Shown in pieces: positions 28,026 through 30,088 of a DNA stretch of 30,088 nucleotides; position 1 is the stretch's first letter, and every line of letters begins with the position of its first letter. Source of the stretch: an uncultured archaeon (GTDB lineage: Archaea > Asgardarchaeota > Hermodarchaeia > Hermodarchaeales > Hermodarchaeaceae); the NCBI GenBank assembly GCA_964347045.1, contig CAYFXC010000022.1, positions 1 to 30,088 of the forward strand, given 5' to 3'. A program made the position numbers and the translations under genes. The notes beneath the pieces were generated by a model, which was not told the DNA's origin, did not search any database, and saw only the letters and a program-made list of their open reading frames with translations.

Positions 28026-28259
28026 AAAAATAAAGAATACCATTCACCCGCTGTGCGTCCACAACGAGTGAATGATACTGGGGACTTACCCAGCCCCACA
28101 GTAATCATAGTTTAGCGTCAATCTTCGCGTGGTTCCTACCATTTTGAACCACGACGGGAAGTCATGACCTTAAAGGCCCGTTGATACCCAGGTGTGGGGT
28201 GGGGGTTACGGCAACCAAGAGCTGCCCGTTCTCCGACAGAGACCCTGTCGAAGTGAACC
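28026..28259 (-). ncRNA. Unrecognised multi-stem structured RNA candidate ending in an 18-bp hairpin plus U-tract
   Basis: Seven stems; five G.U pairs on the minus strand that would be A.C mismatches on plus. Confidence 0.55.
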
Positions 28260-28863
28260 TTCTTTCCTTTCTTCTTAAAGAGTGCCACTTTGTTTCACCA
28301 ATGTGTTTTTGCACTGAAGGAGGGATAGTTGGTCAGACACATATATCCACGGGAGCCGACCAGTTACTAAAAACTCCCATAAATACAACAAAAGGAACCA
28401 AACATGAACCATTAAGTTCGGTTTTTTCTAGTCACAATTTGTGACCACAAAATGGAGAATTACTCTCATACAGTTGAAATTGAAAAATCATTCGCCATAT
28501 TCAGGAGGATGCAGGTCAAAATGAAGACTTTTCCTCTCTATAAATGAAGAGGTAACACTAGGAAGAGTGAGAGAATTACCAGAGATGAGTGTGTGAGTAG
28601 TCTGTGTAAACTACGTCCCCGACCTGAATTTTTGAAAAAAGATTTTGTCATTGAGAATTTAGGGTACTTCCTGTTAATGTCCTCTGAAAATCACTTAGTT
28701 CTAAAATGCTAATGTTGTTTTGCCCTCATTTCGGGGTCGATGAGAATTCTGTTTAGTTTTGGTTTTCATATTTAGCAGAACTGGAGAGGGTGTTACGATA
28801 ACTGTAATATTTTTATATTATTAAAAAAACAAATTATGCGAAATTTTTTGGAGCGATTACACT

Positions 28864-29439
28864 TTGCGACCAATAAAGATTTTCGGGCTTAGCATGACCC
28901 TCGCTCTCTTGGTTATGATGATTGCACCGGTTTTCATCGTTTCAGCGAAATCTAATAACAAGGGATTCATTCACGGCATTGTAATCAATGTGGATAGCGA
29001 AGATTACTATTTGGCGGGAGCTCCTGATGGTCCCGGAGGCGCATTTGATGTTCCAGGGCATTACTGGGTAATGGCTGGGCCTAATCAGCTTGTTGGGAAG
29101 CACTACAATACTGGGCCATTTGGTGCACCTCAATGGTGGTCTTCTGATGCACCTGATGGTGAACTTTTGTTCATTGTCCACGGCATCATCGACGAATGGA
29201 CCGCTAGTAAGGCAGAATACTATGCGAGCAGGGGCTATGTTCACTACCATGAACTAATCAGAGTTAGCGATGGCTCTCTTCACCCAGACAAGGTTGTTTG
29301 GCTTCGGCACACAGCACGCACCTTTTTCAATTTTGACGGGGGACCCCGCCCAGACCTTGGCCATTACGTTTCACCTGGTGTGGACTACGAATTCATCCCC
29401 AATTGGATGATGCCTTACTCTCCTGTCATTGAGACGTAG
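28864..29439 (+). CDS. Secreted His/Trp/Gly-rich hypothetical protein
   Basis: Signal peptide; PGHYW, GKHYNTGPFG, YVHYHEL, WLRH, DGGP motifs; followed by a T-tract. Confidence 0.85.
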   Translation: MRPIKIFGLSMTLALLVMMIAPVFIVSAKSNNKGFIHGIVINVDSEDYYLAGAPDGPGGAFDVPGHYWVMAGPNQLVGKHYNTGPFGAPQWWSSDAPDGELLFIVHGIIDEWTASKAEYYASRGYVHYHELIRVSDGSLHPDKVVWLRHTARTFFNFDGGPRPDLGHYVSPGVDYEFIPNWMMPYSPVIET

Positions 29440-29449
29440 TCGGCTAGTG

Positions 29450-29470
29450 CTTCTCCCCCCTTCTTTTTTT
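29450..29470 (+). terminator. Archaeal pyrimidine/oligo-T terminator
   Basis: CTTCTCCCCCTTCTTTTTTT just after the stop codon. Confidence 0.5.
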
Positions 29471-29539
29471 AGTTTCAATTGTGATTATAAGGTTCCGCCC
29501 AAGATGTGTTTTGTGCTTAACTGGGAAAATAGGATGTGA

Positions 29540-30000
29540 CTAGTTGATAGTTGTTTCAGATTTCTTGCTGAAGATAGTCTTTGCAGAAATTCCTAAACCG
29601 GTATAGATCAACACAATAAAGACGATTTCCAATATTTCGAAAATACCTATTGCTCCAACAGTTCAGTCAAAGGCGATTGGACTAAGATAACCAATAGTAT
29701 TGCCTAATAACAATGCACACCAAGACCATACTTCTCCCTTTCTAAAACTAAATAAGATGATGGAGATAGCAACCACTGCGAAAGCGATATTATACGCTCC
29801 GAGGAGTCTGTCCAAAAGCAGAATGTATTTGGCTATTTTAGGGTTTGTCGAAACTAGTGCTGATCAAGTTTGTCCTGTGAAAATCTGAAAACTTTCAGTA
29901 AGTAATTCCAGATAAATACGACCATTAGGCCGTAAAGCAATACACCCAGATCTCCAATTAAAATGAGTATCCATGCAAAACGCAATGATCTTGACCTCAA
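29540..30000 (-). pseudogene. Four-TM membrane protein pseudogene (one frameshift, two in-frame TGA)
   Basis: Reconstructed: MRSRSLRFAWILILIGDLGVLLYGLMVVFI/fs/ELLTESFQIFTGQT*SALVSTNPK...FRKGEVWSWCALLLG...AFD*TVG...ISAK; GGTGA SD before TTG at 30000. Confidence 0.75.
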
Positions 30001-30088
30001 TTTCTTCACCAATCAGTCCAAAAACTGTTTTTTTAATATGACTCAAGGAGTTGCCAAAATAGTTAGGCTAAGTTCTTAATTCGATCTT

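Noticed and set aside
28078-28226. Cobalamin riboswitch on the plus strand (CAGCCCC, GGGAAG, GAGCTGCC)
   Set aside because: Matches are fragmentary, G.U asymmetry favours the minus strand, and no gene follows directly
28026-28259. RNase P RNA, SRP RNA, tmRNA or group II intron
   Set aside because: No GAGGAA..CC/AACAGAA core, no SRP domain IV CAGG-GGAA-AGCA, no tRNA-like ends, no domain V
27400-28444. ORFs 27400-27642, 27652-27876, 27680-27886, 28181-28444 and the N-terminus of 27848-28108
   Set aside because: Alternative frames of the dehydrogenase pseudogene, or read-through of the structured element
27560-30000. Three in-frame TGA codons as selenocysteine or stop-codon reassignment
   Set aside because: They fall at apparently different residue types (conserved Gly, probable Trp, a third unclear), co-occur with a truncation and a frameshift, and TGA terminates many intact genes here

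Overview
Archaeal chromosomal window (~45% GC). The gene content fits an Asgard or Bathyarchaeia/TACK-type archaeon; the lineage is inferred, not proven. 1-7.5 kb is a glycosylation locus: two GT4 enzymes, a flippase, a split DUF1616, an NDP-sugar pyrophosphorylase and a small protein resembling eukaryotic DPM2. 7.6-9.4 kb holds an orphan hypC and a Nop2-Nip7 pair. 9.5-19.3 kb is the conserved minus-strand translation superoperon (rnp4, yhbY, rps19e, PDCD5, rpl39e, rpl31e, eIF6, rpl18a, pfdA, ftsY, argF, dtdA, secE, spt5, rpl11, rpl1, rpl10/P0, rpl12), with no ftsZ at its usual site. 19.3-21.2 kb carries five tRNAs, two with non-canonical introns (T-loop 59/60 and D-arm ~22/23), around an AT-rich segment with an ORB-like box (candidate oriC). 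21.2-27.5 kb holds rpl37e, Sm, a PUA protein, sepF, trm5, DUF371, pcm, an NSun6-like methyltransferase, PhzF and an AbrB-like gene. 27.5-30 kb is a decaying accessory region with two pseudogenes, a His-rich secreted protein and an unrecognised, highly structured ~230-nt minus-strand non-coding element. Best novelty candidates: the structured RNA, the DPM2-like gene, and the ORB/DUE site that has no adjacent cdc6.
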